From Acidimicrobiales bacterium (lineage in GTDB: Bacteria; Actinomycetota; Acidimicrobiia; Acidimicrobiales; Aldehydirespiratoraceae), in contig JAKZTU010000048.1 in assembly GCA_047516945.1 (NCBI GenBank), forward strand, positions 1 through 53,130: DNA of 53,130 nt, given 5' to 3'. Shown here piece after piece: positions 30,509 through 40,541 of the stretch. Position 1 is the first letter of the stretch. Each line of letters begins with the position of its first letter. The translations under genes were made by a program, and so were the position numbers. The notes under the pieces are model-generated. The model saw only the letters and a list, made by a program, of their open reading frames with translations. It did no database searches and was not told where the DNA came from.

Positions 30509-31384
30509 GTGTTGAAGCTGGTTCTTCCCAAAGGATCGCTGGAGAAGGCGACGCTTGAGCTCTTCGAAGCCGCCGATCTAAGCGTGGAGCGTTCGTCGCC
30601 TGTCGCCTACAAAGCGTCGATTGCTGACCCGCGCATCGAGTCGGTTCGGATTCTGCGCCCACAGGAGATCCCGGGATACGTGGCAGACGGGCTATTCGAT
30701 CTCGGGATCACCGGTCGAGATTGGATTGAAGAGACCAGTAGCAACGTAGAAAGCCTTGGAGAACTCAAGTACTCCAAAGTGACTTCGCGTCCGATACAGA
30801 TTGTGTTGGCTGTTCCAGAGGATTCACCCTGGCAATCGGTCGCGGATCTTCCTGATGGCGTGAGGGTGTCGACGGAGTATCTCGAAATTACCCGACGGTA
30901 TTTCAAAAACGCCGGCGTTGAGGCCGATGTGCGTCTCAGTTACGGAGCCACCGAAGCGAAGGTCCCCGACATTGTTGATCTGGTTGTCGACATCACTGAG
31001 ACGGGACGGGCGTTACGCGCCGCAGGGTTACGCATCATCGACACGCTGTGCACGTCCTATACCGAACTGATTGCTAATCCGGTGTCGTTCGCTGACCCGG
31101 AAAAAGCGCACGCTATGCGTCAGATCAACACCCTGCTACAGGGTGTCCTTGAGGCACGGGGCAAGGTGTTGGTCAAGATGAACGTCCCGGCCGATCGCCT
31201 TGATGAGGTGATTGAACTGTTGCCATCCATGAAAGCCCCGACAGTCAACGAGCTGTTTCGAGGGGCTGGATATGCGGTTGAAACTGTTGTGGCCAAGTCT
31301 GAGATCAACATCTTGATTCCAGAGCTACGCGACCACGGGGCCAGCGACATTGTTGAACTCCCGATCACCAAGATTGTTCCCTAA
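30509..31384 (+). CDS. hisG: ATP phosphoribosyltransferase (long form)
   Basis: LKLVLPKGSLEKATLELF, DLVVDITETGRAL, and a C-terminal regulatory domain. GTG at 30509 inferred. Confidence 0.88.
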   Translation: MLKLVLPKGSLEKATLELFEAADLSVERSSPVAYKASIADPRIESVRILRPQEIPGYVADGLFDLGITGRDWIEETSSNVESLGELKYSKVTSRPIQIVLAVPEDSPWQSVADLPDGVRVSTEYLEITRRYFKNAGVEADVRLSYGATEAKVPDIVDLVVDITETGRALRAAGLRIIDTLCTSYTELIANPVSFADPEKAHAMRQINTLLQGVLEARGKVLVKMNVPADRLDEVIELLPSMKAPTVNELFRGAGYAVETVVAKSEINILIPELRDHGASDIVELPITKIVP

Positions 31385-31396
31385 AGGCAGGCTTGG

Positions 31397-31861
31397 TCAG
31401 TCGGAGTCGGCTTCAGCCCGGCTCTTCAGCTGCACGAAAGCCATACGGATTTGATCGAGAGCATGTGCCACGGCTGCTTCGTCGTCTCCGAGTCGGCCCG
31501 CCAGCCCGTTGACGATGACGCTCAGGGCATCAATGGCTACGGTGGCCTCAGCAAAGTTCGGGGTTTGTGCCGAGAGATGAAGAGCTGCTAGTTCGTACAA
31601 ACCCATTGCATGGTTGGCCACGATGTTGGCGGCAGGCGTGCTAATAAGCCGTTCGCGTGCGATGGCCATTTCTTTGACCATTTCTTCGGCTCCTGCTCGC
31701 TCCTCAGGACTCAAGTCGTTGAGACTCATTCCCTCCGGCAACGCGGCCGCGATCTCATCGTCAAGGCTGTCATCGTGTGTCGGTCCGGCGGTGTCGCCTA
31801 GATCCGATATTGAGGGGCGATCTACGGGGTGTTCCCCGGCGGGTGTCCACAAAGAACTCAT
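31397..31861 (-). CDS. DUF1844-like acidic protein
   Basis: ANIVANHAMGLYELAALHLS...AIDAL...GRLG matches my recollection of DUF1844, and the gene is divergent from infC as in other actinobacteria. Confidence 0.6.
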   Translation of the reverse strand: MSSLWTPAGEHPVDRPSISDLGDTAGPTHDDSLDDEIAAALPEGMSLNDLSPEERAGAEEMVKEMAIARERLISTPAANIVANHAMGLYELAALHLSAQTPNFAEATVAIDALSVIVNGLAGRLGDDEAAVAHALDQIRMAFVQLKSRAEADSD

Positions 31862-32069
31862 GCTGATACGCTATCGCTGACAATTCGAACACCGAAGTGG
31901 GGGAATCTCTCGAGAAGCCTCCCACCTGGCCACAAGTCGCCATCCCCGGCGGCCACAGTGCGTCCAGGTCGACGAATCGGCAACGCTCTAGCTGAGTGTG
32001 ATCGTGGATGTCGACATTCCGGTATCCACTACACGACGGAGGTTTCGTGCTCACCAGGAGTCCAGGGCA

Positions 32070-32684
32070 ATAGCACCGCCAAACAACGAGCCAAGGATCA
32101 ACGAACGGATCCGCGCCCGAGAAGTCCGACTTGTCGGGCAGGACGGCGAGCAGATTGGCATCACTTCACTATCCGAAGCGCGCAACATCGCTCAAGCTGC
32201 AGATCTCGACCTAGTTGAGGTAGCTGAGCAAGCCAATCCACCGGTCTGTCGGATCATGGATTACGGCAAGTGGCGATACGAGGCCGACCAGCGGGCTAAA
32301 GAATCCAAAAAGAAGTCTTCCAACCTCACGGTCAAGGAGATGAAGTACCGTCCCAAAATCGGGCCCGGTGACTTCGACACCAAGACCCGCAAGGTGGTCG
32401 AGTTTCTCGGCGGAGGCCACAAAGTCAAAGTCACGATCATGTTCCGAGGTCGCGAGATGCAACACCCCGAGCTTGGCCGCCTGATCCTAGATCGGGTGTC
32501 TGAGGCCGTGGCCCATGTTGGCAAGGTTGAGTTTCATCCCCGCCAAGATGGTCGCAACATGGTGATGGTGTTGGCCCCAGACAAGCGAGCGCAAGCTCGT
32601 CACGAAAAACAAATGCGCAAAGAAGCGGAAGCTACGGTCGTCGGAGCCGAGTCAGAAACCGCTCAGCAAACCACAACCGAGTGA
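32070..32684 (+). CDS. infC: Translation initiation factor IF-3 (probable non-AUG ATA start)
   Basis: RINERIRAREVRLVGQDGEQIGI...PPVCRIMDYGKWRYE. AGGAG (32056-32060) lies 9 nt before the in-frame ATA at 32070. An alternative GTG at 31998 has no SD. Confidence 0.85.
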   Translation: MAPPNNEPRINERIRAREVRLVGQDGEQIGITSLSEARNIAQAADLDLVEVAEQANPPVCRIMDYGKWRYEADQRAKESKKKSSNLTVKEMKYRPKIGPGDFDTKTRKVVEFLGGGHKVKVTIMFRGREMQHPELGRLILDRVSEAVAHVGKVEFHPRQDGRNMVMVLAPDKRAQARHEKQMRKEAEATVVGAESETAQQTTTE

Positions 32685-32741
32685 CCTTTTTGCGGTAACG
32701 CCGCTCAGAGATCCTCCAAATCAAGAGAACCGAGAATCGAT

Positions 32742-32933
32742 ATGCCCAAGATGAAGACGCACAAGGGCGCGCAGGCCCGCTTCAAACGCACCGGCTCAGG
32801 CAAGCTGAGGCGGCGCAGTCAAAACAAGAACCACATCCTCGAAAAGAAGTCTCCGAAACGCAAACGCCAGCTTCGGAGACCGGCTTCGGTGTCCCCGGCT
32901 GACGAGCGGCGCATCCGCGACCTCGGCATCTGA
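32742..32933 (+). CDS. rpmI: 50S ribosomal protein L35
   Basis: [24 protein letters not shown]; 63 aa. Confidence 0.95.
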   Translation: MPKMKTHKGAQARFKRTGSGKLRRRSQNKNHILEKKSPKRKRQLRRPASVSPADERRIRDLGI

Positions 32934-32977
32934 ACCGCATCTACTGAAGCCGCATCCACTAAGAAAGGGAGTTAACG

Positions 32978-33340
32978 ATGGCAAGAGCTAAACGCGCCGT
33001 ACATTCCAAGAAACATCGCCGGGTCGTTCTTGAGCGGGCCAAGGGGCACTACGGCAATCGTTCTCGCAGTTTCAAATCAGCGAACGAGTCCGTTATGCAC
33101 GCTGGCAACTATGCGTTCCGTGACAGGCGTGCTCGCAAAGGTCAGTTCCGCAAGCTGTGGATTCAGCGAATAAACGCGGCGTGTCGCGAAAATGGCACCT
33201 CCTATAGCCGCTTTATTGCGGGTTTGAAGGCAGCAGAGATAGAGGTTGACCGCAAGATGTTGTCCGAAACCGCGATTCACGATCCTGCTACGTTCACGGT
33301 TCTGGTCGAGACAGCCAACGGGGCACTAGCCGACGCCTGA
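32978..33340 (+). CDS. rplT: 50S ribosomal protein L20
   Basis: MARAKRAVHSKKHRRVVLERAKGHYG; 120 aa. Confidence 0.95.
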   Translation: MARAKRAVHSKKHRRVVLERAKGHYGNRSRSFKSANESVMHAGNYAFRDRRARKGQFRKLWIQRINAACRENGTSYSRFIAGLKAAEIEVDRKMLSETAIHDPATFTVLVETANGALADA

Positions 33341-33375
33341 GTGTTGTTCGGATCGGCTGAGTTGCGCCCGCTTTA

Positions 33376-34188
33376 ATGGACCGAATCGACGTCAAGGGCC
33401 CCAATAGTCGTCGAGTCGTCGAGTTACGGCGACTCATTGACCGAGTCGGCGCGAATTCAGCGGAGATCGTGCTGGAGGGGGAGCGCACCGTCGGCGAGGC
33501 ACTTGATGCAGGGCTGCGGCTGATCACGGTCATTGTCCCGGAGAGCACAGCTAACAGTCTCACTGGCTCATCGCTTCGGAGTTCAACGCTTGGGGCGCGC
33601 TTTGACGACACCGTTGAGATCTTGGTGGTCAGAGACAGAGTGTTTGAGCGTTTGGCACCATCGGTGACACCCCAACCGATGTTGGCTGTGGCTCCACGTC
33701 CACAAGCCTCGATCCCAACCAGTTTCGACGTCAATGACTTCGCCTTGGTGCTGCTTGGGGTTGCTGATCCGGGCAATGTCGGCACGCTCATCCGGGTTGC
33801 CGATGCGACCGGTGCGGCCTGTGTTGTCGTAGCCGGTGGTGCAGACCCGTGGCGTCCTAAGGCTGTTCGCTCCTCGGCCGGTTCGGTGTTGCGAGTGCCG
33901 GTCGTGAGCGGAGTTGATGCACAAACAACTTTGCGCCAGTTGCGCGCAGCCGGAGCCAAAATAGTGGCGACCGACGTGCGTGAGGGGGTTCCTCACGACA
34001 GTGGCGTGCTCAACGGTCCACTGGCGATTGTGCTCGGCTCCGAGTCCCACGGTCTTGACCGTTCCATTGATTCTCTTGTTGATGATTGGGTCCGGATCGA
34101 CATGGTTGGCAACACAGAATCGCTCAACGTCGCAATGGCCGGAACTCTGCTGGCCTACGAGGCCAGCAGGTCGGCGTCTTCGGGGTGA
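33376..34188 (+). CDS. TrmH/SpoU family RNA methyltransferase
   Basis: LGVADPGNVGTLIRVADATGA, IVLGSESHGL, ESLNVAMAGTLLAYE. Confidence 0.85.
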   Translation: MDRIDVKGPNSRRVVELRRLIDRVGANSAEIVLEGERTVGEALDAGLRLITVIVPESTANSLTGSSLRSSTLGARFDDTVEILVVRDRVFERLAPSVTPQPMLAVAPRPQASIPTSFDVNDFALVLLGVADPGNVGTLIRVADATGAACVVVAGGADPWRPKAVRSSAGSVLRVPVVSGVDAQTTLRQLRAAGAKIVATDVREGVPHDSGVLNGPLAIVLGSESHGLDRSIDSLVDDWVRIDMVGNTESLNVAMAGTLLAYEASRSASSG

Positions 34189-34427
34189 TCACCGATGAAA
34201 GCGGCGGCGAATCCACACAGCGGCAGGATGGTTTTGTTGTTCGCACGCAAGTCATCAAGCACGCCTCGCATTAGCTGGTCGGCCAAACCCTTACCTCGCA
34301 TCGACGGGTCTGTTTCGACATGGGGGACCACCACGGTAGTGCCGTCGAGTTGGTAGTCAGCGATCGACACAATGCGGCCGTCGACGATCAATTCGTAGCG
34401 TTGGCGTGCTGGATTGTCTCGAACCAC
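34155..34427 (-). CDS. Small GNAT-fold N-acetyltransferase (YjdJ-like)
   Basis: NPARQRYELIVDG...HVETDPSMRGKGLADQLM...PLCGFAAAF. GTG at 34427 is preceded by GGGAGA. The longer ORF runs into pheS. Confidence 0.7.
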   Translation of the reverse strand: MVRDNPARQRYELIVDGRIVSIADYQLDGTTVVVPHVETDPSMRGKGLADQLMRGVLDDLRANNKTILPLCGFAAAFIGDHPEDADLLAS

Positions 34428-34490
34428 GCCACAAAGTCTCCCAGATATTTGGAGCCAACGCGCGGGTGGACCTCGTAACCTGTTCGTTTG

Positions 34491-35489
34491 ATGATAGAGA
34501 CGCTCCGTCAGACCGCTATTGAAGCGCAGGCTCGACTGGCCGAAGCCGAAGACCTCGACGCGTTGGCAGAGCTTGATGTCGAGTTCTTGGGGAAGAAATC
34601 GGCGGTGACTTCGGCTAAACGGCAACTCGGGTCGCTAGCCCCAGAGCAACGCAGAACCACCGGACAAGCCGTCAACGAGATCCGAACTGAGATTGAAGCG
34701 GCGGTTGGGATTGCCCGCGAGCGCCTAGCCCAGGCCGCTCGAACTCGCCAACTTGAGGCTGAACGGCTCGATCTCACGGAATTCCGCCAATCCGCACGGC
34801 GCGGCTCGCTTCATCTTGTCACCCAATCCCGCGACAGACTCGAAGATGTCTTCGTAGGCATGGGTTTCACGGTTGCCGAAGGCCCCGAAGTTGAATCGGC
34901 TTGGTACAACTTCGAGGCTCTCAACATTCCTGAATGGCATCCAGCTCGAGGCAGTTTCGACACGATCTTCGTGGATTTAGGTGAGCCCGAAGAGGTAATG
35001 CTGCGCTCGCACACCTCGCCGGTTCAGATCCGCACGATGGAGAATCAAAAGCCACCTATCTATATCGTCGCGCCGGGCAGGACCTTCAGAACCGACACTG
35101 CCGACACGACTCACCTCCCCGCCTTCAACCAAATTGAGGGTCTGGTAGTTGATAGGGGGATAACCATGGGTGACCTTGCGGGGACTATCGACGAGTTCGT
35201 ACACACCTTTTTTGGTGGCCACGTGAAGAGCCGACTACGCCCTTCGTATTTTCCGTTTACTGAACCAAGCGCCGAGTTCGATATTTCCCGTGCCGATGGA
35301 ACGTGGCTGGAACTGGGGGGATGCGGCATGGTGCACCCCAACGTTTTGCGCAACTGCGGTATCGATCCCGACGAATGGCAAGGTTTCGCATTCGGTTTCG
35401 GCATTGATCGCTTAGCAGTGATGCGCCACGAACTCGACGACATTCGTGAACTGGTCAACAACGATGTTCGGTTTCTGAGGCAGTTCTGA
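34491..35489 (+). CDS. pheS: Phenylalanine--tRNA ligase alpha subunit
   Basis: HPARGSFDT, FRTD, and the GCGMVHPNVL class II motifs. Confidence 0.94.
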   Translation: MIETLRQTAIEAQARLAEAEDLDALAELDVEFLGKKSAVTSAKRQLGSLAPEQRRTTGQAVNEIRTEIEAAVGIARERLAQAARTRQLEAERLDLTEFRQSARRGSLHLVTQSRDRLEDVFVGMGFTVAEGPEVESAWYNFEALNIPEWHPARGSFDTIFVDLGEPEEVMLRSHTSPVQIRTMENQKPPIYIVAPGRTFRTDTADTTHLPAFNQIEGLVVDRGITMGDLAGTIDEFVHTFFGGHVKSRLRPSYFPFTEPSAEFDISRADGTWLELGGCGMVHPNVLRNCGIDPDEWQGFAFGFGIDRLAVMRHELDDIRELVNNDVRFLRQF

Positions 35490-37903
35490 TGAAGGTGACA
35501 TTGTCGTGGCTTCGGGAGTTCGCGCCTGGTATCGACGGTGATCCGAGCGAGCTGAGCGAGACCTTGAGCGCGCTCGGTTTGACTGTCGAAGAGATGACTT
35601 TCATCGGCGACATCGTCGATGGGGTGGTACTGGCAAAGGTGCTCGATCTCAGGCCCCACCCAGCAGCCGACAAAATCCAACTCGTCGATGTGGATGCCGG
35701 CGACGGAGAGGCGCGGCAGGTGTGTTGCGGAGCTTTCAATATGGCCGTCGGTGATCTGATTCCGTTCGCCACACCGGGGACCGTCATGGCCAACGGCTTG
35801 GAGATTCAACAGCGAAAGATGCGCGGCGAAGTGTCGGCCGGTATGTGTTGTTCGGGGGCTGAGTTGGGTCTCAGCGATGACCACGAGGGAATCCTCGTGC
35901 TTAACGACCGGGTAGTTCCCGCAGCTGAGTTGGGAATGGCTGTAGGGGCTGCTATCGGCTTGGAACCCGACGTGTTGTGGGACCTTGAGGTGAACGCCAA
36001 CCGGCCCGACGCCATGTCGGTGGCCGGAGTGGCGCGCGATCTAGCCGCCGCACTCGGTGTCGACTTCTCCTACCCGGATTACAGCGTCGACACCGGCAGT
36101 TACTCCGAGGGTGGCTCTGCTGATAGAGACAATGTTGATGAGCTCTTGACAGTCGAGATTCTTGATCCAACGTTGTGCGGCCGGTTCGTTGCGACTGTGT
36201 TGCGTGGGATCACCGTACAGACATCGCCACAGTGGCTCGCAGACCGGCTGATGTTGGCGGGAATGCGGCCGCTCAACTCGATCGTCGATATTTCCAACTA
36301 TGTGATGCTCGAGTTGGGTCAACCCAACCACACTTTTGATCTGTCCACTGTCCCCAATGGCCACCTGCGGGTGCGACGGGCTGTCCCCGGTGAGACGTTG
36401 ACGACTCTTGATGGTCTGGAACGCGAACTCATTGCCAACGACGGGGTGATTACCAACAACTCAGACGAGATAATCAGCTTGGCTGGGGTGATGGGCGGCG
36501 CTACCACCGAGATCTCTGAGGAGACGACCGACGTGCTGTTGGAGATGGCGTGGTGGGATCCGCCGACGGTCTCGCGGACGGTCAAGCGACTCAACCTTGT
36601 GAGCGAGGCGTCCAACCGATTCCGACGTGGCGCCGATTGGGGCGAGAATATCGACCGTTCGATGCAACGCTTCATTCAGCTTGCGACACAACTCGGGGCC
36701 ACCGCGGTTGGTGGGTTTGCGGATGTCGCCGGCGACACGCCTGATCGAACGCCCCTCAATGTTCGCAGCGCCAAGATCAACGGATTGCTCGGCACCGATC
36801 TGAGCGCGGCTGAGATGGCTGGGCATTTGGCTTCAATCGGCTTCGGAGCCGAGGTGGTCGCGTCCGATAGTGGCGCAGAGGATTTAGCCGTCACCATTCC
36901 CACATGGCGCTGGGACACTGAGACCGAGACGGATGTGGCTGAAGAGGTGGCGCGCCTGTACGGCTACGACAACATCGCCAGAACGGTGCCTAGAGGGGAG
37001 CTTCCCGGAGGACTCAGCGACTATCAGGTGCGTCGTCGTCTGGTTCGTCAGGTTCTGGTCGGATTCGGATGCGATGAGACCTTTCCGATGCCGTTCTTGG
37101 CGCCGGGTGACTTGTTGATGGCGGGCCTTGCCGACAACGGAGTCACCTTGTCCAACCCGCTTGTTTCAGAGCAATCAGTGTTGCGCACCTCGCTGCTTCC
37201 AGGTCAGCTCAAAGCGATCGCTTACAACCAGTCCCATCGCTGCGCGGAGGTTCGATTCTTTGAGATTGATCACGTCTATATGCCGCCCTTGCCGGATCAG
37301 CTACTTCCAGACGAACGTGAGTACCTTGCGGTTGCGCTGGCTGGATCCGAAGCACCGGAGGCCGTGGCGGCTCTTGATTTGATCGAGCGTGAGCTGGGTC
37401 TGCCGAACGTTGTTCTGCGCTCAGCCTCGCCCCCTGGCTTGCACGCCACTCGTTCTGCTGAGGTGGTGGTTGCAGGTCAAACCTCCGGTGTCGTTGGAGA
37501 GGTTGATCCGCTGGTTCTCGAGAACTATGGGGTGACTGGGAGGGTGGCCTGGCTCGAACTGGACTTGGGAGCGCTTCTGAACGGCCCTCGGAGCAATCGC
37601 AAGTACAGCCCTGTGTCGAAGTACCCGTCGAGCGATATCGATCTGGCTTTTGAAGTCCCAGATGAGGTGGCTGCCGCGGCGGTTGAGAGTTCACTACGCA
37701 AAGCGGGCCGAGCGTTGTTGACCGACATCGAGTTGTTTGATGTCTACCGAGGCGAGGGTTTGTCGACTGGTACTAGGAGTCTGGCTTATCGCCTGCGGTT
37801 TCAGGCTCACGATCGCACTCTGACCGATGCCGAAGTGGCTGATGTTCGCCAAGGGTGCATCGATGCCGCAGACAAACGCCACGGCGCGGCCCTGCGCAGT
37901 TAG
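35489..37903 (+). CDS. pheT: Phenylalanine--tRNA ligase beta subunit
   Basis: MKVTLSWLREF start, tRNA-binding, B3/4, B5 and FDX-ACB regions; 804 aa; TGATG coupling to pheS. Confidence 0.94.
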   Translation: MKVTLSWLREFAPGIDGDPSELSETLSALGLTVEEMTFIGDIVDGVVLAKVLDLRPHPAADKIQLVDVDAGDGEARQVCCGAFNMAVGDLIPFATPGTVMANGLEIQQRKMRGEVSAGMCCSGAELGLSDDHEGILVLNDRVVPAAELGMAVGAAIGLEPDVLWDLEVNANRPDAMSVAGVARDLAAALGVDFSYPDYSVDTGSYSEGGSADRDNVDELLTVEILDPTLCGRFVATVLRGITVQTSPQWLADRLMLAGMRPLNSIVDISNYVMLELGQPNHTFDLSTVPNGHLRVRRAVPGETLTTLDGLERELIANDGVITNNSDEIISLAGVMGGATTEISEETTDVLLEMAWWDPPTVSRTVKRLNLVSEASNRFRRGADWGENIDRSMQRFIQLATQLGATAVGGFADVAGDTPDRTPLNVRSAKINGLLGTDLSAAEMAGHLASIGFGAEVVASDSGAEDLAVTIPTWRWDTETETDVAEEVARLYGYDNIARTVPRGELPGGLSDYQVRRRLVRQVLVGFGCDETFPMPFLAPGDLLMAGLADNGVTLSNPLVSEQSVLRTSLLPGQLKAIAYNQSHRCAEVRFFEIDHVYMPPLPDQLLPDEREYLAVALAGSEAPEAVAALDLIERELGLPNVVLRSASPPGLHATRSAEVVVAGQTSGVVGEVDPLVLENYGVTGRVAWLELDLGALLNGPRSNRKYSPVSKYPSSDIDLAFEVPDEVAAAAVESSLRKAGRALLTDIELFDVYRGEGLSTGTRSLAYRLRFQAHDRTLTDAEVADVRQGCIDAADKRHGAALRS

Positions 37904-38014
37904 TTCAGGCCAAGGTTGACGCCGATAATCAACGACACAGCATCTGACGTTGTCAACAACGAGACCTGAACCAGGCCTTGTAAACCAAGTGTCCGGCCCA
38001 CGGAGGAAGCCCAC

Positions 38015-39058
38015 ATGGCGCAAAAATCTCAGTTGATGGATTCTCTATTGCACAGGTTCAGACGACGTTATGACGTGCCTGCGGTGGGTGCGGCGTTCGT
38101 GGATGACGAAGGCACTCGTATGGCGAACGCTATGGGATTGCGAGGGCGTGGATCCAATAACAACGTTCTGTTGTCCGACAAGTGGCATATCGGATCCTGC
38201 ACCAAGACAATGACGGCGGTCCTGTGGGCGAGGTTGGTGGACTCGGGCAGCGCTCAGTGGGACACGCCATTGCCTGAGATTTTTAGAGATCTCAACAGTG
38301 TCGACGGCAGATGGGGAGAGCTGACGATACGCGACCTTCTGAACTGCCGGGCCGGCATTCCCGCCAACATCGACTGGACCCGCTTTGAATCGGCGCGCAA
38401 AGATATGCGTCCACTACCTGAACAACGCACGGATCTCGCCGCGGAGGCGCTTGGTGCCGCCCCCCAAAACCCTGGTGAGTATTGCTACTCGAACTTGAGC
38501 TACATCATCGTAGGCGCGGCCATTGATCGAGTCTCGGAGATCAGTTTCGAGAAAGCACTACTCAGCCAACTTTTGGGACCGTTGGGCGTTCGTTCTGTCG
38601 GTTTTGGCGCGCCTGCGAAGATATGCGGTCACGGCACCAAGATAAACTTGGGGAGCACTGGGTTACTGAAGGGACCACCCGCGAAACCGGCGACCGCCGA
38701 CAGCGACAATCCTTCGGTGTTCTCGTCGGCGGGTTCAATGCATGTGTCGCTCGAAGACTGGATGACCCTGCTCAGCATCTTTGTTTCGAGCCCGAAGACC
38801 GGGTTCTTGAGCGAAGAGTCGCTGGCACAGATATTTCGCGTTCCCGAGCCGGGCAGCGACTGTATGGCGATGGGTTGGGTGAAGGCGCGAGGCTCTCTTG
38901 TCTCGTACATCATGCAAGGATCGAACACTCTATGGTCGGCTACTTCGGTGTTGGATCGAGACCGCAAGAGATGTGTGATGGTCGTATGTAACGATGGGCG
39001 AGCGCGAGTGCTGAACGGATCAGCGTCATTGGCGACGCGCATGTTGACCGCGCTTTGA
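38015..39058 (+). CDS. Serine hydrolase, beta-lactamase/transpeptidase-like family
   Basis: S-x-x-K motif (GSCTKTM) and YSNLSY (Y-x-N). GGAGGA SD precedes the ATG. Confidence 0.75.
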   Translation: MAQKSQLMDSLLHRFRRRYDVPAVGAAFVDDEGTRMANAMGLRGRGSNNNVLLSDKWHIGSCTKTMTAVLWARLVDSGSAQWDTPLPEIFRDLNSVDGRWGELTIRDLLNCRAGIPANIDWTRFESARKDMRPLPEQRTDLAAEALGAAPQNPGEYCYSNLSYIIVGAAIDRVSEISFEKALLSQLLGPLGVRSVGFGAPAKICGHGTKINLGSTGLLKGPPAKPATADSDNPSVFSSAGSMHVSLEDWMTLLSIFVSSPKTGFLSEESLAQIFRVPEPGSDCMAMGWVKARGSLVSYIMQGSNTLWSATSVLDRDRKRCVMVVCNDGRARVLNGSASLATRMLTAL

Positions 39059-39160
39059 GCGGATCAAGCAATCGGACCATCAGTTAGTCACCGTCGCAAT
39101 AGCGCTAGGTCTCCTAACGTATTCTTGCTAACATGTAACTGATTTGCTGGGGGGAATCAG

Positions 39161-40531
39161 TTGACCGAGATTCGAGCCAAGGCCCGGGCCCACTTGGTGC
39201 CACATTTCACGCGTGGCGATGCTTGGCAACGCGACGACCTGCTCGTAATCGAACGAGGTGAAGGCTGTTACGTCACAGACACCGAGGGCAACGAATACCT
39301 GGACGGGCTCTCCGGGTTGTTCTGCACCAACCTCGGCCACGGTCGCAGTGATCTGACCGCGGTTGCGGCCAAGCAGATGGACAAATTGGCTTTCAGCCCC
39401 AACTGGAGTTTCGCCCACCCTTCGTCCATCGAGGCATCGTCTCTGATCGCGTCGGTTGCTCCCGCAGACCTCAACCGAGTGTTCTTCGTGAACTCTGGCT
39501 CAGAGGCGGTTGAATCAGCTCTCAAGTTTGCTCGCTGCTACCACTTGGCGAACGGCGCGCCGAGTCGCCAAAAGGTGATAGCTCGCCGTTGGGCCTACCA
39601 CGGCACCACGCTCGGCGCACTGGCGGTGACGGGCATTCCCAGTTTCCGTGACCCCTATGAGCCGATGCTCGCTGGGTTCGTGCGCCATGTAGACAACACA
39701 CTCGGTTGTTCTGCCGAAGGCGTTCCGGCCTCAGAACTGCCGTGTGTAACAGCCGTCGAGCAGGCGATCCTCACCGAGGGCCCTGAGACGGTGGCCATGG
39801 TGATTGCCGAACCAGTACAGAACGGCAGGGGAGCACTGGTCCCGCCCGACGGCTATTGGCAAGAACTGCGCCGCATCTGCGACACCTACGGCGTGTTGCT
39901 CTGCGCAGATGAGGTGATCAACTCGTTCGGACGCCTCGGTCACTGGTCCGGCAGCGAGCGTTATGGCGTCGTGCCGGACATGATCACCTTCGCCAAGGGT
40001 GTCACCAGCGCATACGTGCCTCTGGGAGGTTTGCTTGTACGTGACTCGCTGGTGGATCGGGTGTGGGACTCGCCCGCTGCGATGTTCGTCCACGGGGCCA
40101 CGTTCGGTGGTCACCCAGTGGCCACAGCGGTAGCGGTGGCCAACATGACCGCCATGCGCGACGAGAAAGTGTTCGACCGCGTTTTGGCAAACGAGGACCG
40201 CCTCAAGAACGGCTTGCGCGCGCTGATGGAATCCCATCGTTGTGTCAAAGACGTGCGGGGCGCCGGGTACTTCCATGCCGTGGAACTGATGCGTGACCGC
40301 CGTAGCGGTTTGGACCTCACTGACAACGAGTTCGCCGAATTACTACCGGGCGGAGTGCTAGAACGATTTGTGCGTGAGGCGGGCGTTCTGGTCCGGCCCG
40401 ACTCTAGAGGTGCCGCCATGCTGGCTGTGGCGCCGCCGTTGGTGGCAGACACCACCGTGATCGACGACCTGCTCAAGCGGGTCGACCAAGTGCTCGACCG
40501 CGTGGGCGGTTGGCTGAAGGCCTCAACATGA
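39161..40531 (+). CDS. Class-III PLP aminotransferase; candidate taurine:pyruvate (omega-amine) aminotransferase
   Basis: NSGSEAVESALK, DEVINSFGRLG, and the TFAKG PLP-lysine motif. The specific role is inferred only from the pta/xsc context. Confidence 0.8.
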   Translation: MTEIRAKARAHLVPHFTRGDAWQRDDLLVIERGEGCYVTDTEGNEYLDGLSGLFCTNLGHGRSDLTAVAAKQMDKLAFSPNWSFAHPSSIEASSLIASVAPADLNRVFFVNSGSEAVESALKFARCYHLANGAPSRQKVIARRWAYHGTTLGALAVTGIPSFRDPYEPMLAGFVRHVDNTLGCSAEGVPASELPCVTAVEQAILTEGPETVAMVIAEPVQNGRGALVPPDGYWQELRRICDTYGVLLCADEVINSFGRLGHWSGSERYGVVPDMITFAKGVTSAYVPLGGLLVRDSLVDRVWDSPAAMFVHGATFGGHPVATAVAVANMTAMRDEKVFDRVLANEDRLKNGLRALMESHRCVKDVRGAGYFHAVELMRDRRSGLDLTDNEFAELLPGGVLERFVREAGVLVRPDSRGAAMLAVAPPLVADTTVIDDLLKRVDQVLDRVGGWLKAST

Positions 40532-40541
40532 GGTTACAGTT

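Noticed and set aside
34428-34625. Upstream extension of the small GNAT ORF into pheS
   Set aside because: It would overlap the pheS start on the opposite strand. The conserved YjdJ-like domain starts at the GTG at 34427, which has a GGGAGA SD.
37903-37980. Possible pheST terminator hairpin (GTTCAGG...CCTGAAC with an inner GTTGAC/GTCAAC)
   Set aside because: The pairing is long-range and imperfect, with large internal loops and no U-tract. I could not support it as a terminator without folding energetics.
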